The notes under the pieces are model-generated. The model had not been told where the DNA came from. It saw nothing but the letters and a program-made list of their open reading frames with translations, and did no database searches. This document shows positions 23,761-31,387 of a stretch of 32,000 nt of DNA, piece by piece (position 1 is the first letter of the stretch; every line of letters starts with the position of its first letter). Origin of the DNA: Candidatus Altimarinota bacterium (GTDB lineage: Bacteria; Patescibacteriota; Gracilibacteria; UBA1369); contig JBAZYK010000002.1 of NCBI GenBank assembly GCA_041659405.1, positions 1-32,000 of the forward strand, given 5' to 3'. Both the position numbers and the translations under genes were made by a program.

Positions 23761-25299
23761 TTAATTCTTGGTAAACGTCACTACCTGCTCACCTTCATTC
23801 AAACCCGAAACAATTTCTACATTTTCATCACCCTGAATTCCTGTAGCCACATTGCGTTTTTCAACCTGTTCCTTGTCGGAAGAATCTTTTTTCAAAACCT
23901 GAACATAAGCCTGATTACCTTCATACTGGATTGCACGAACAGGAACCATTAAAGCATCCATCTTCGTCTTTGTCTGAATGGTTAAATTTGCCGTCATACC
24001 CGGCTTAATTTGTTCAGATGGATTTTGAATCAAGACCTTCACTTCATAATAAATTACACCTTGAACAACCGTTTCAGCCGGTGAAACTTCAATAACATTA
24101 CCTGTAAATTCGCTGCTTATATCCAAAGCATCAAAAGTCATCTTTACACTTTCATTTTTTTGAATTTTGGCGATATCCGCTTCAGAAACCAAAGCTTTTA
24201 CATTCAATCCATCACTATCCATCACAACAAAAGCCTGTGCTGAAGAAACGACTTCACCGGGATTATAATTGATTTTTGCAATCACGCCATTCGCAGGTGC
24301 CTTTAATTCTGTCTGACTAACCCTGTACTGGGCCAAATGAACTGAATCCCAAGCCTGATCAACTTGCGCCTTTAATGACGCCACATCAACGTTACGGGGC
24401 GTTGCCTGAGTCAAATTTAATTGTTCTTGAGCACTCTGAACGCCAATTCCAGCTTTATTCACGGTAGAATTAAGATCGTTGAGCTGTCTATTATAATCAG
24501 CTGCCGCCTTCTGATAATTATTTTGAGCCTGCTGCAAAGCAAGTTGAGCTTGTGTTAATGCACTTTGTGCCTCATCCATTGATCTTTGATTTTGCATTGA
24601 TTGTTGCTGAGCCTGACCGGCTAAATAATCATTAATTGGCTGAAACAAATCTCCAAAACCGGTTGCTGAACCTGACATTGATGTCGAATCTGGAAACATT
24701 GAAGCCGTGGAAGAAACTTGCCTTCCGGTTGTGTCATTATTAGCCAAGAAAGCCACTCCTTGCAAAGCGGAATTATAACTTTGACTGGCTTGATCAAGAG
24801 AAATCCTGGCAGTTTCCAAATTACTTCTTGCAATCGATATTAATGAATTTTGATTCTGAAGAGCACTATTATAATCCTGTTTAGCAAGATCAACTTTAAA
24901 TTTACCCAAATTTACTTCTTCGTTTCTTGGACCGGAAAGAGCTTTTGCCAAATTAGCCTGAGAAATATGTAAAGCTGAAGTTTGAGCCTGAAGTCCAATT
25001 GCCAAATCGCCACCCTCCAATTTTGCGAGTACGTCACCTAATTTCACTCTATCACCTTCATGCACTAAAACCGCATCAAGAGTCCCCATAATAGGAAACT
25101 GCAGTTGATAACGAACCTGTGACTCAGTTGTGCCAGTAACACTAACAGTCTGTGAAATAGTTCCCTTGGCCACTTGGGCTGTAACATATTCAGGCCCCTT
25201 TGTTCCTGTAAAAAAACGAGAAACAATGAACCCAACAATCACCAAGCCAATTGCTACATAAAGGACAATTCTTAAAATACGGCCATTTTTTACTGTCAT
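23761..25299 (-). CDS. HlyD/MacA-type membrane-fusion (periplasmic adaptor) protein with an enlarged Q/N/S-rich hairpin region
   Basis: N-terminal TM anchor (ILRIVLYVAIGLVIVGFIV). Lipoyl-like motifs (GTLDAVLVHEGDRVKLGDVLAKL; APANGVIAKINYNPGEVV). Beta-barrel and MP domains (GMTANLTIQT..., VPVRAIQYEGNQAYVQV). A central low-complexity coiled coil of about 115 aa. Confidence 0.8.
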   Translation of the reverse strand: MTVKNGRILRIVLYVAIGLVIVGFIVSRFFTGTKGPEYVTAQVAKGTISQTVSVTGTTESQVRYQLQFPIMGTLDAVLVHEGDRVKLGDVLAKLEGGDLAIGLQAQTSALHISQANLAKALSGPRNEEVNLGKFKVDLAKQDYNSALQNQNSLISIARSNLETARISLDQASQSYNSALQGVAFLANNDTTGRQVSSTASMFPDSTSMSGSATGFGDLFQPINDYLAGQAQQQSMQNQRSMDEAQSALTQAQLALQQAQNNYQKAAADYNRQLNDLNSTVNKAGIGVQSAQEQLNLTQATPRNVDVASLKAQVDQAWDSVHLAQYRVSQTELKAPANGVIAKINYNPGEVVSSAQAFVVMDSDGLNVKALVSEADIAKIQKNESVKMTFDALDISSEFTGNVIEVSPAETVVQGVIYYEVKVLIQNPSEQIKPGMTANLTIQTKTKMDALMVPVRAIQYEGNQAYVQVLKKDSSDKEQVEKRNVATGIQGDENVEIVSGLNEGEQVVTFTKN

Positions 25300-25330
25300 A
25301 GAAAATTCAAAAGTTATATTAAAGGATCAT

Positions 25331-25358
25331 ACTTTAATACTTTAACATAAAAAGTCAA
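25331..25358 (-). promoter_or_regulatory. Candidate sigma70-type promoter for the efflux operon
   Basis: The minus strand reads TTGACT (25358-25353), 16 nt, then TAAAGT (25336-25331), about 30 nt upstream of the adaptor gene ATG (25299). Confidence 0.3.
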
Positions 25359-25435
25359 GCATTTTAGGCTTTTATATCGGTTTAAACCACGAAAACCAAC
25401 TAAAAAATCAATAATTTGGAAAATTAGCCAAAACT

Positions 25436-25741
25436 CTACTTCTTATTTTTAAACTTACTGGCTGATTTCTGGACAATTTTACTCACATTATCTTCAAGCT
25501 GATGTCGTTTTTGCTGAATAGCATCAATCATCGGTTTCACATGTTCAACTACCTGACTTATTAAAGCCAAAGGTTGCAATACATAATCATTTACACGCTC
25601 CGCCGTATCACGAGCACTGTCAGTTATCTTATTAACATCACGCAAAATCTGCATGAAGTAAATTAAAGTTACACAGATAAAAATCACCAACAACAAAAAC
25701 CCCACACCAAGCGCAATGTAAAGAAAAGCCAATGGATCCAT
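25436..25741 (-). CDS. Small membrane-anchored helical protein (DUF948-like architecture)
   Basis: 101 aa. One N-terminal TM helix (FLYIALGVGFLLLVIFICVTLIYF) followed by a helical region (LRDVNKITDSARDTAERVNDYV...). The family assignment is from architecture and recalled pattern only. Confidence 0.4.
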   Translation of the reverse strand: MDPLAFLYIALGVGFLLLVIFICVTLIYFMQILRDVNKITDSARDTAERVNDYVLQPLALISQVVEHVKPMIDAIQQKRHQLEDNVSKIVQKSASKFKNKK

Positions 25742-25799
25742 ATTATTTATTTGTTAAGAATTAAATTTATTTTGATATTTTATTATTATTTTTAAAACA

Positions 25800-27236
25800 C
25801 TAAGCTAATAAACCGGACATAATTTCCTGAACAGCCTGAGCATTGGCCTGTCCTTTAGTCTGTTTCATCACCTGTCCCACCAAAAATTGCATAGCCGCCG
25901 CTTTTCCTTTTTTAAAATCTTCAACCGATTTTGGATTGGCATCAATTGTTTTTTTACAAACATCATTCAAGGCTGAAACATCACTCATTTGGGCAAGACC
26001 TTTTTCTTTCACAACCACTTCCGGATCTTTTCCATCGACATATACAGACTCGAAAACATCATTTTTAGCCATATTCATAGAGATTTGGGAATCATTCACC
26101 AGTTGAATAATTTTACCCAGATTTTGAGCGGAAACCTTATTTTCAGCCAAAGTAAGACCATCTTTATTTAAACGGCCAAACAAAATTGATGTAAAAAAGC
26201 TCGCAGCCTTTCTTGGATCGTTACATGCGGCAACAACTTCTTCAAAATATTTGGCAAAACTAACATCAGAACTAATAAGTAGGGCTTCAGCAGCCGACAA
26301 TTTCCAATCTGACAAATAACGATCCCGTTTTTGATTTGGCAATTCCGGCAACTCTGCTTTAAGTTTATCAATAAAATCCGCAGTTACTTCAATCGGTGGT
26401 AAATCCGGTTCGGGGAAATAACGATAATCAGAAGCCCCCTCTTTATCCCTTAAAAAATAGGTTTTTTGCTTATCATCTGTCCAACCAACGGTAATATCGG
26501 AATTTAAAGGATTCCCCTCTTCCCACAGAAATATTTGACGTTCAATTTCATATTCAATGGCAGCCTTAAGGGAATTAAACGAATTTAGATTTTTGATTTC
26601 CGCGCGTGGATTTAATTTTTTATCACCATGTTTTCTGATTGAAACACTGGCATCAAAACGCATCATGCCTTTTTCCATATCAGCTTCAGAAGAACCAACA
26701 AATCGCAAAATAGCCTGAATACTCTTGGCATACGCAACAGCTTCCTGACTTGTACGAATATCCGGTTCACTGACAATTTCCATCAAGGCAATGCCGGAAC
26801 GGTTATAATCACAAAGAGTTCCACCATCCACATGCGTTAATTTGCCGGCATCATCTTCCAAATGAAGTCTGGTAATGCAGATTTTCTTTTTGGTGCCTTC
26901 CACATCAATATCAAGCCAACCATTTTTTGAAACCGGCTGATCAAACTGCGAAATCTGGTACCCCTTTGGTAAATCGGGATAAAAATAATTTTTGCGATCA
27001 AATTTGGAAAAACCGGGAATTTCACAATTAAGTGCCAAGGCGGCCTTCACTCCCTTCAAAAACGCCTCCCGATTAATCACCGGCAATTGCCCCGGAAAAC
27101 CCATGCAAACGGGACAGGTATTAATATTTGGCTCTTGATCAAAAGAATAGCTGCTACATCCACAAAACATCTTTGATTTAGTAGCAATTTGAGCATGAAT
27201 TTCTAAGCCGATAATAACCTCAAAATCTTCGCGCAT
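25800..27236 (-). CDS. gatB: Aspartyl/glutamyl-tRNA(Asn/Gln) amidotransferase subunit B
   Basis: FEVIIGLEIHAQIATKSKMFCGC, NINTCPVCMGFPGQLPV, DRKNYFYPDLPKGYQISQ, NRSGIALMEIVSEPD, C-terminal YqeY-like tail (LVGQVMKQTKGQANAQAV). Confidence 0.95.
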   Translation of the reverse strand: MREDFEVIIGLEIHAQIATKSKMFCGCSSYSFDQEPNINTCPVCMGFPGQLPVINREAFLKGVKAALALNCEIPGFSKFDRKNYFYPDLPKGYQISQFDQPVSKNGWLDIDVEGTKKKICITRLHLEDDAGKLTHVDGGTLCDYNRSGIALMEIVSEPDIRTSQEAVAYAKSIQAILRFVGSSEADMEKGMMRFDASVSIRKHGDKKLNPRAEIKNLNSFNSLKAAIEYEIERQIFLWEEGNPLNSDITVGWTDDKQKTYFLRDKEGASDYRYFPEPDLPPIEVTADFIDKLKAELPELPNQKRDRYLSDWKLSAAEALLISSDVSFAKYFEEVVAACNDPRKAASFFTSILFGRLNKDGLTLAENKVSAQNLGKIIQLVNDSQISMNMAKNDVFESVYVDGKDPEVVVKEKGLAQMSDVSALNDVCKKTIDANPKSVEDFKKGKAAAMQFLVGQVMKQTKGQANAQAVQEIMSGLLA

Positions 27237-27283
27237 GTTTTTTTATAAAACAGTGCCTTAAATATAAACTAATTAAGAAAAAA

Positions 27284-27871
27284 TCACAATCTTGGCCTTA
27301 TATTTTCATCATAAAACGACTTAACCTGTTTTTTTAGATCTTTAAGATCACCATTATTCTTTATACTGAAGTCAATATGCTCAGGTTTTACCTGAATATT
27401 CCAAATTTTCTCAAAAAGATCTTTTTCGATTGGCCGCAGGCCCTTCACATTTTGATATGCAGTTTTTTTATCACAATCAACCCAAAGCAGCGCCGAAATA
27501 AACTGATGCAAATGTTTCTTTTCAAAGTAAGTCGCTTCCAAAACAATAAAATTATTATCCGCTTTATCGATTAGCTTCTGCACATGGGCCGTTACCAAAG
27601 GATGAATCAAGGTATTAAGAATTTTCAATTTTTTGGGATCATCAAAAACTATCTTCCCCAATTTTTTACGATTAAGATGCCCACTTTTTAAGATGTACTC
27701 ATCACCAAAAAAGCATTGGATTTTTTTTTGACCATCCTGTCCCGGCTGATAAAGTTCATCAACTATTTTGTCCGCATCAATATAATACGCACCAAGATCC
27801 TTGAAAAAGTTAGCTGCAGTGCTTTTGCCTGAGCCAATATTCCCCGCTATACCAAGTACAATTTTTTTCAT
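27284..27871 (-). CDS. coaE: Dephospho-CoA kinase
   Basis: MKKIVLGIAGNIGSGKST P-loop, DADKIVDELY, LNTLIHPLV. Length 195 aa. Confidence 0.85.
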   Translation of the reverse strand: MKKIVLGIAGNIGSGKSTAANFFKDLGAYYIDADKIVDELYQPGQDGQKKIQCFFGDEYILKSGHLNRKKLGKIVFDDPKKLKILNTLIHPLVTAHVQKLIDKADNNFIVLEATYFEKKHLHQFISALLWVDCDKKTAYQNVKGLRPIEKDLFEKIWNIQVKPEHIDFSIKNNGDLKDLKKQVKSFYDENIRPRL

Positions 27872-27873
27872 AA

Positions 27874-28275
27874 CTATAAAGCCTGTAAATCCTTAAAAGC
27901 TTTTTCAAATGAATTCAACGCTTGTTTGCCCTCCGATAAACTCACATGGAAATTCAATTCATGCGCGATTTTATTACGTAATTTGTGGGCAGACCAAACC
28001 GCATCAAGATGACTAAAAAGCTTAGCTGAAACCTTAAGCTTCTCCCCTAAAGTCCCCCTGTAACCCTTCTTTTCCAAAATCATATTCAAAAGTTTATCCG
28101 CCTCCAAAACCGCATGCTTAAGATCCGGCTGCTTTTTTATAATTTGCCATTGCAGATTAAAAAACCGTTTTTCCTGCTTACTAAAAACCCTTTTTCTTTT
28201 CAGGACGAACCAGACAAGAATCAAGCCACAAACAATTAAGACCAAAAGGGCAAAAAAGGCGATACTACTATCCAT
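27874..28275 (-). CDS. Membrane-anchored small protein with a HEPN-like Rx4H motif
   Basis: 133 aa. N-terminal TM helix (IAFFALLVLIVCGLILVWFVL) followed by an all-helical domain. It contains AVWSAHKLRNKIAHEL, that is R-N-K-I-A-H, matching the HEPN RX4-6H / RNxxxH signature. Confidence 0.45.
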   Translation of the reverse strand: MDSSIAFFALLVLIVCGLILVWFVLKRKRVFSKQEKRFFNLQWQIIKKQPDLKHAVLEADKLLNMILEKKGYRGTLGEKLKVSAKLFSHLDAVWSAHKLRNKIAHELNFHVSLSEGKQALNSFEKAFKDLQAL

Positions 28276-28285
28276 AAATTAAAAA

Positions 28286-28894
28286 TTACTGATTCTTTTG
28301 AGTTTGTGTAGCCGTTCCATTTTTCTTAGCATGATGTCTTAACATCACAGTTAAGAGATTCTTAAGAGAATCCGCATCTTTAAGATTCTGATCGGAAACG
28401 AAATGCTCCTGATTGGAAAGAACCAGCCTTTCAACTTTTGCAGGATTTGCCGCATCCAATAAAGTAATGGAAGTACTATTTGCGACCTGACCAAGTTGAA
28501 CATCACCATAGTTGAAAACAGTTCTTACAAAGCCACGAAGAGCATAACTGATACCATCAATATTGTGATACTCCAAACGCGAAGAGGCACGATCAAAAAA
28601 GCCATTCCACTCAACCTTCACCAAACTGATATTGGTAAGCAAAAGAGCATCATGGTACCAATTAAAAATCAAATAAAAAACCTTAATAGACCCTACCGCA
28701 AACCAAAGAACAAAAAATAATGAAAATTCCGGAAATAAATAATACAAGAATAATGGCACCAAAAAGCCAAAAAATGCAACGCGCAACAAGTCAGGCAAAA
28801 CCACAAAAATATGTCTATGACAAACATACAAGATTTCTTCACCCGGATCCAAATGAACATCAAACAAACGCTTAGCTATAATGGTCGGACTCAT
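28286..28894 (-). CDS. Membrane protein with two TM helices followed by a bacterial PH-like (bPH_2/DUF304, YdbS/YdbT-like) domain
   Basis: A cytoplasmic N-terminus, then a TM hairpin (LLRVAFFGFLVPLFLYYLF; FFVLWFAVGSIKVFYLIF), then WYHDALLLTNISLVKVEWNGFFDRASSRLEYHNIDGISY...GDVQL, typical of membrane-flanked bPH domains. Confidence 0.5.
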   Translation of the reverse strand: MSPTIIAKRLFDVHLDPGEEILYVCHRHIFVVLPDLLRVAFFGFLVPLFLYYLFPEFSLFFVLWFAVGSIKVFYLIFNWYHDALLLTNISLVKVEWNGFFDRASSRLEYHNIDGISYALRGFVRTVFNYGDVQLGQVANSTSITLLDAANPAKVERLVLSNQEHFVSDQNLKDADSLKNLLTVMLRHHAKKNGTATQTQKNQ

Positions 28895-29017
28895 GACGGA
28901 TTCATAACTTATAAAATCTTCATTAACAATACTATAATAAAATTATAATGTAAATGTCCACAAGATTGCAGGATGGCCTTTTTAAGAGTAGAGTCGATAT
29001 TGTTAACTTTTCTGATT

Positions 29018-29710
29018 ATGATCAAAAAAATAAAGCAATTATTCAACAAATATCCAGCCCTGGCCTTTATTGGGGACATTTTATTGAATCTGATCATTAT
29101 CATTGGACTCGTTTTTATTATCCGTAATTTTTTAATTTCACCTTTTGAAGTATATGGCCCTTCAATGTGCGACACACTAAATAATATAAACGGAGAATGT
29201 CAACAAGGACATGGTGAATACATAATTGTAAACAAAGCCATTTATGGCAATTTTTTGGGTCTTCAAGTCGGCAAGCCACAACGTGGAGATATAATCGTCT
29301 TTCACCCACCACTTAATAACAAAGAATTTTTTATTAAAAGAGTAATTGGACTCCCTGGCGAAACAATCAAACTGGTCAATGGTTATGTTTACATTATTAA
29401 CAAGGACAATCCTGAAGGTTACAAACTGGAAGAATCATATTTAAGCGCGGAAAATCTGGGAAACACGCATCCTGCCAGTCAGGGAGATACCGTTTTTAAA
29501 GTCCCTGAAAATAAATACTTCGCTTTAGGCGACAATAGACTCCACAGCTCGGATTCCAGAAGCTGCTTTAAGGAATATTCAAATCAGGACTGTGGCAAAC
29601 CCGGGGCAACTCCATTTCTACAACCATCTGAAATTGAAGGAAAAGCATGGTTAGTCCTATGGCCAATCAGCAAGATCGAAAGCCTAAAAAACCCTTCCTA
29701 CGGGATCTAA
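29018..29710 (+). CDS. lepB: Signal peptidase I
   Basis: TM anchor, Ser box GPSMCDTL, Lys box FIKRVIGLPGETI, box E GDNRLHSSDSR. The ORF opens at ATG 28973. I prefer ATG 29018 (MIKKIKQLF...) as giving a normal N-terminus. TATAAT boxes lie at 28933-28938 and 28944-28949. Confidence 0.9.
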   Translation: MIKKIKQLFNKYPALAFIGDILLNLIIIIGLVFIIRNFLISPFEVYGPSMCDTLNNINGECQQGHGEYIIVNKAIYGNFLGLQVGKPQRGDIIVFHPPLNNKEFFIKRVIGLPGETIKLVNGYVYIINKDNPEGYKLEESYLSAENLGNTHPASQGDTVFKVPENKYFALGDNRLHSSDSRSCFKEYSNQDCGKPGATPFLQPSEIEGKAWLVLWPISKIESLKNPSYGI

Positions 29711-29714
29711 CAAC

Positions 29715-29792
29715 AAAACAATCTGAATAAATTTTTAAAATACACAGGGCCCCTACCCCGGATGTATTTAAAAAATTTATTCAGATTGTTTT
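29715..29792. repeat. Hairpin 1: 30-bp inverted repeat (29/30 matches) with an 18-nt GC-rich loop
   Basis: AAAACAATCTGAATAAATTTTTAAAATACA (29715-29744) pairs with TGTATTTAAAAAATTTATTCAGATTGTTTT (29763-29792). The loop is CAGGGCCCCTACCCCGGA. It starts 5 nt after the lepB stop. Confidence 0.85.
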
Positions 29793-29917
29793 AACGTTTG
29801 TATCGTAGTTTGTCTTTAGCATCTAACTATTTGGTAGAATACATAGAGCTAAGCTAAACACCCTAAAAAAAACTTTGGGGAATGTTTATGAACACATCCG
29901 GGGTAGGGGCCCTGTGT
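29742..29917. repeat. Perfect 24-bp GC-rich inverted repeat pair flanking a 128-bp segment
   Basis: ACACAGGGCCCCTACCCCGGATGT (29742-29765) and its exact reverse complement ACATCCGGGGTAGGGGCCCTGTGT (29894-29917). Each copy sits at the apex of one of the two local hairpins. Confidence 0.85.
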
Positions 29918-29948
29918 GTGAAGAAATATTTCCCAAAGTTTTTTTTAG
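29863..29948. repeat. Hairpin 2: 17-bp inverted repeat with a 52-nt loop carrying the second GC-rich 24-mer
   Basis: CTAAAAAAAACTTTGGG (29863-29879) pairs with CCCAAAGTTTTTTTTAG (29932-29948). The right arm overlaps the TAA stop (29945-29947) of the 125-aa minus-strand gene. The A-run and T-run arms give a bidirectional-terminator-like look. Confidence 0.8.
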
Positions 29949-30322
29949 CTTTGTTCTTTGGCCATAAAATAGAATTCTACCAGGGTTATTGCCGCTATAA
30001 AGAGCAAACCGGACCACCAGGTCAACACTCCTAAAAGTTGAAAAGCTAAAGATCCCACCGCCAAAAAAGTCAAAAGGACTCCTTGTCTGAAGGCAATATT
30101 AATATGATTGTAGTAAATCTCGTTTTTGTTGAGCCAAACACGAAAATAAAAGCCAACAACCGTAAAAGTACAAATCAACGCTACAAAAAGGCTCAAGAAA
30201 AATAACCCCAACGACACCCCCGTAGAAGCAAAGGGATCAAGTTTATTTAGAACCACAATCCAGGCAATCCAGCTTAAAACACCTGCGGATCCTATAATGG
30301 CCAAATAACGATGATGTGACAT
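29945..30322 (-). CDS. Hypothetical small integral membrane protein (about 4 TM helices)
   Basis: 125 aa, almost entirely hydrophobic helices (YLAIIGSAGVLSWIAWIVVL, SLGLFFLSLFVALICTFTVVGFYF, VLLTFLAVGSLAFQLLGVL, GLLFIAAITLVEFYF). Confidence 0.6.
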   Translation of the reverse strand: MSHHRYLAIIGSAGVLSWIAWIVVLNKLDPFASTGVSLGLFFLSLFVALICTFTVVGFYFRVWLNKNEIYYNHINIAFRQGVLLTFLAVGSLAFQLLGVLTWWSGLLFIAAITLVEFYFMAKEQS

Positions 30323-30335
30323 TTTAAAAACTTAA

Positions 30336-31316
30336 TTAATATTTCTTTTGTCTTTTAAGTACAAACTGAATAAAGAACAGAAACGCCCCCAAGATCAAGA
30401 AAATAAAGGAAATCTTTCTAATTTCCGTAGTAAGAAAACTAAAAACATATTCCAAATAACGACCAAAATCTTCCGAATTGCCAAATGCCTGAAAAATATT
30501 TGATCCACCATCTTTATAACTGGAAAATATTACCGGGATCAAAGATTGTAAAAGAAAACTGCTCAAGAAGCCAAGAATTCCACTTACAATAAACGCTACA
30601 GATTCAAACCTTAGCATTAACGAAATCGGATAATAAATGATCAACGCAACAAAGAAAACCAAAGCAATCAAAGCAAAAAGTAAGTAAACTTTCAACCGAT
30701 CAATCCACAAAAACATATAATAAAAAGCCTGATTTTTGCTTTTTGCACTGCTTAAATCAATCTGAACCTGCTGCGGCAAAAATGCATAAACGGTCTTTTC
30801 AAACTGCTTCGAAATCGGAGCGGAAATATTTGCGTAATCCAAACCCTTTGGAACGCAGGTAGGAATCCCCTCCGCATTCACCTCAGGCAATTGATCTACC
30901 TTACAAACAGGTAAACTTTGAAAAAGTTTATAAGCCAAATTATGAGTTACCGTTAACAAACTATCCTGAAAAACCTTCAAGGAAATAGCTACGGGAACGT
31001 CAGGTTTCTCTTTCAAACTAGCCATCTCCTGACCAAAATCCCCGGTCAACTTTCGTAAAATATCAATTTTAAAAACATTCTGAACCTCTTTTTTTACATC
31101 AACCAACTTAAAATGTCCCTGCAGTGTTGGATCGGCCTGATAAATATGGATGGAAACAGCATTTACAAAAAAGTCATAAGAGCCATCAACCACAGGCCCG
31201 GTATAAAAACTTGGCGAAAAATAGGTTTTCGACAAAGCATAAACCAAAAAAGTCGGCAAAGAAATAGCTATAAACAGGAAGACAAAAAACGCAGCAATAA
31301 TCCGACGAATAATCAT
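30336..31316 (-). CDS. Hypothetical membrane protein (N-terminal anchor, extracytoplasmic domain of about 170 aa, C-terminal multi-TM region)
   Basis: The ORF opens at GTG 31352, with ATGs at 31340 and 31316. I prefer MIIRRIIAAFFVFLFIAISL (31316) as a canonical signal-anchor. A minus-strand TATAAT at 31344-31339 would put the transcription start between the alternatives. Confidence 0.55.
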   Translation of the reverse strand: MIIRRIIAAFFVFLFIAISLPTFLVYALSKTYFSPSFYTGPVVDGSYDFFVNAVSIHIYQADPTLQGHFKLVDVKKEVQNVFKIDILRKLTGDFGQEMASLKEKPDVPVAISLKVFQDSLLTVTHNLAYKLFQSLPVCKVDQLPEVNAEGIPTCVPKGLDYANISAPISKQFEKTVYAFLPQQVQIDLSSAKSKNQAFYYMFLWIDRLKVYLLFALIALVFFVALIIYYPISLMLRFESVAFIVSGILGFLSSFLLQSLIPVIFSSYKDGGSNIFQAFGNSEDFGRYLEYVFSFLTTEIRKISFIFLILGAFLFFIQFVLKRQKKY

Positions 31317-31387
31317 GGCAAAAAATAATAACTCACACATTATAGAGTACACTTGGAAAAAACAGAAATTTTTTATCTAATTTGAAA

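Noticed and set aside
25379-25388. 10-bp palindrome GGTTTAAACC in the spacer upstream of the efflux operon
   Set aside because: It is a short, loop-less palindrome in AT-rich DNA, expected by chance, with no supporting context.
29894-29917. G-quadruplex in the G-rich copy of the 24-mer (CCGGGGTAGGGGCCC)
   Set aside because: There are only two G4 tracts, which is not enough for an intramolecular quadruplex.
29742-29917. Straightforward MITE call for the 176-bp segment bounded by the 24-bp inverted repeats
   Set aside because: There is no target-site duplication flanking the repeats. The local hairpin arms straddle the putative element ends, with one arm outside and one inside, which a simple insertion does not explain. 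I kept it as one hypothesis within the finding rather than as a mobile_element feature.
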